Assembly (NCBI GenBank): GCA_965215595.1
Contig: CBDCDW010000006.1
Span: 138,129-202,128 of the forward strand
Source of the DNA: an uncultured Candidatus Binatia bacterium
Lineage (GTDB): Bacteria; Desulfobacterota; Binatia; UBA9968; CAXXLF01
Length of the DNA: 64,000 bases
Direction of reading: 5' to 3'
Shown: piece by piece, positions 62,678-64,000 of the stretch
Numbering within the stretch: the first letter of the stretch is position 1
How the letters are laid out: each line of letters begins with the position of its first letter
The notes under the pieces: generated by a model
The model's database searches: none
What the model was told of the DNA's origin: nothing
The model's input: the letters and a program-made list of their open reading frames with translations, nothing else
Position numbers and translations under genes: made by a program

Positions 62678-63576
62678 CTTTTTGAAGTCTTGTACTTTCG
62701 ATATTCGTCCCACAGCTTTTCTTTCATCACCGGGTCCTGTTCCTTTTCCGCGGCCTCCCGCAACTGACGGGCAACGACATCGTCGTCGTTGCCACCCCCT
62801 ACAACTCTACCCCGAGGACTGGTTTTGACTTGTTTTTCTACTCCAGGAGCCGCACCCGCCTCTGCCATACGCGGCTTGGAGTCCGTGCCTTTTTCTTTAG
62901 ACGAAGATCCATCAGATTGGGTTTTCGCACCACCTGGATCTGATTGAATATTTCTGTCATCACCCTTTTCTTTTGTGCGCTGCGGACTTCCTTCTGATTT
63001 TTTGCTTGCTACTATTTCCTGAAGCTTCTCTTGTTTTTCTTGTTGCCAGAGATCAAATTCGTTCAGTGACTTGGTAAGCGGGTCTTCTATCGAGGCCAAC
63101 TTCTCCTTGTCAGTCTGCGCAGTCGTGGGAGTTTGCGGCGAACCCTGTCCTGAGGGAGGCTTCTCTTCGGGCAAGCGGCACTTAAATCCCAGTCTGTCCG
63201 GATCACCACCAAAGGTTCGATACTTTTGACAAGCCTCCAACATCTTGCGATGAAGGGAAGCGACGAATTCGGCGAATTCCACAACCGCAGGATCGTTTTC
63301 AGTCTCTGTCTTAACCCGCCGGAGCTCCCGAAACTCGGCTTCATTCTGGCGCCATTCCACATCGCTGGCGTGTAACTCGGCCAAAGCTTCAGCCAGCTGG
63401 CGCTTGGCATCCAAGTCGACCTGGGTCGTAGCCCAAGCCGTAGTCCCGATCAATAGACCGAATAGCATTAAGGCGGGAACATAACTTATATTCCCTCTTT
63501 TTGAACCGCTTCGTAGGTTGTGCCTACGACTCCATGGTTTCACCCTAAATTTGGTGTGCATTCGATCTCCAAACAT
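62674..63576 (-). CDS. Secreted or membrane-anchored low-complexity protein, first gene of the operon
   Basis: 300 aa. N-terminal hydrophobic segment VPALMLFGLLIGTTAWA, then a charged coiled-coil-prone, K/E/Q/S-rich low-complexity sequence. Confidence 0.4.
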   Translation of the reverse strand: MFGDRMHTKFRVKPWSRRHNLRSGSKRGNISYVPALMLFGLLIGTTAWATTQVDLDAKRQLAEALAELHASDVEWRQNEAEFRELRRVKTETENDPAVVEFAEFVASLHRKMLEACQKYRTFGGDPDRLGFKCRLPEEKPPSGQGSPQTPTTAQTDKEKLASIEDPLTKSLNEFDLWQQEKQEKLQEIVASKKSEGSPQRTKEKGDDRNIQSDPGGAKTQSDGSSSKEKGTDSKPRMAEAGAAPGVEKQVKTSPRGRVVGGGNDDDVVARQLREAAEKEQDPVMKEKLWDEYRKYKTSKR

Positions 63577-63620
63577 TTGCGGGGTCTAACTTCCCGTTAT
63601 TACTAAAAGATAACGGAACC

Positions 63621-63842
63621 ATGGGCGCCAGTCAATGCGAGGGAAATGTTAATAAACAACTGAAAATTGTCTTGGAAGAACAACGATATACGGGCCATGG
63701 GCGGTGGATCTCTGATGAGCTATCAGAGATTGCTGGCGGCATCGGAGGAATCGGCCAAAAGACCCTGGACACAATGCGAAGGTATGTAACCGAGCATGAG
63801 TCACCGGACCAATTTTCAAGCAATGTCCGGTGTATCTTCTGA
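63621..63842 (+). CDS. Small ComEA-like HhH protein, paralog of 53768-54055. Possibly degenerate.
   Basis: 73 aa. SDELSEIAGGIGGIGQKTLDTMRRYVTEHE aligns with GTKGIGGKTLDTKRQYVSDHA of the other flanking gene. Confidence 0.35.
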   Translation: MGASQCEGNVNKQLKIVLEEQRYTGHGRWISDELSEIAGGIGGIGQKTLDTMRRYVTEHESPDQFSSNVRCIF

Positions 63843-64000
63843 AGGTCACAGAAGCGAGACGTCCCCTAAGACTTCGATCCTAGACCTGACCCCGAGAGCT
63901 TAGGGGTGCGCTACCGGCTAAGCGAACGCCGTTTCGACGTCGCGTACTTCCATCTTCGCGACGTTGTCTCCCAGTTTGATTCCGGCCGCCTTGATTTCCG

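Overview
This window reads as a bacterial chromosomal segment of roughly 55% GC. A long housekeeping core is flanked by three accessory or anomalous regions.

The core, with genes in order, is: a tctB-tctC-tctA tricarboxylate transporter operon followed by an NDH-2 gene; comM; guaB-guaA-dnaE-hflX-pgsA-tRNA-Val-thrS-infC-rpmI-rplT-pheS-pheT-ihfA; pcm-nlpD-apt; thiC; glnE; and hisI-hisG.

The three flagged regions are:
(i) A ~150-bp coding-constrained duplicate of the comM 3' end lies about 2.4 kb from the intact comM stop. Between the two copies are a KaiC/RecA-like ATPase gene and an ORF-less group II intron-like RNA, recognised by a clear domain V on the minus strand. This looks like the footprint of a site-specific insertion into the comM 3' end.
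(ii) An IS element (rve-type DDE transposase, ~43-bp imperfect inverted repeats) truncates an amidohydrolase gene. It sits next to two response-regulator genes that share a repeated ~130-bp upstream module carrying ATCTGCG(T/G)TAAT direct repeats.
(iii) A 7-gene minus-strand operon (54160-63576) is the strongest candidate for an undescribed system. It encodes a MotA/ExbB/TolQ-like proton channel followed by two paralogous proteins whose ExbD/TolR-like transmembrane anchor (conserved Asp) is fused to a coiled coil and a C-terminal von Willebrand A domain with a MIDAS motif, instead of the usual ExbD periplasmic domain. It also encodes an FHA-TM-4xPEGA-FGE/SUMF1 protein, a membrane-anchored TPR protein, a lipoprotein and a secreted low-complexity protein. 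The operon is flanked by two paralogous ComEA-like helix-hairpin-helix genes.

A two-copy ~0.6-kb non-coding repeat in mixed orientation, plus several smaller irregularities, are noted in the findings. All calls come from reading the sequence and ORF translations; no database searches were run.
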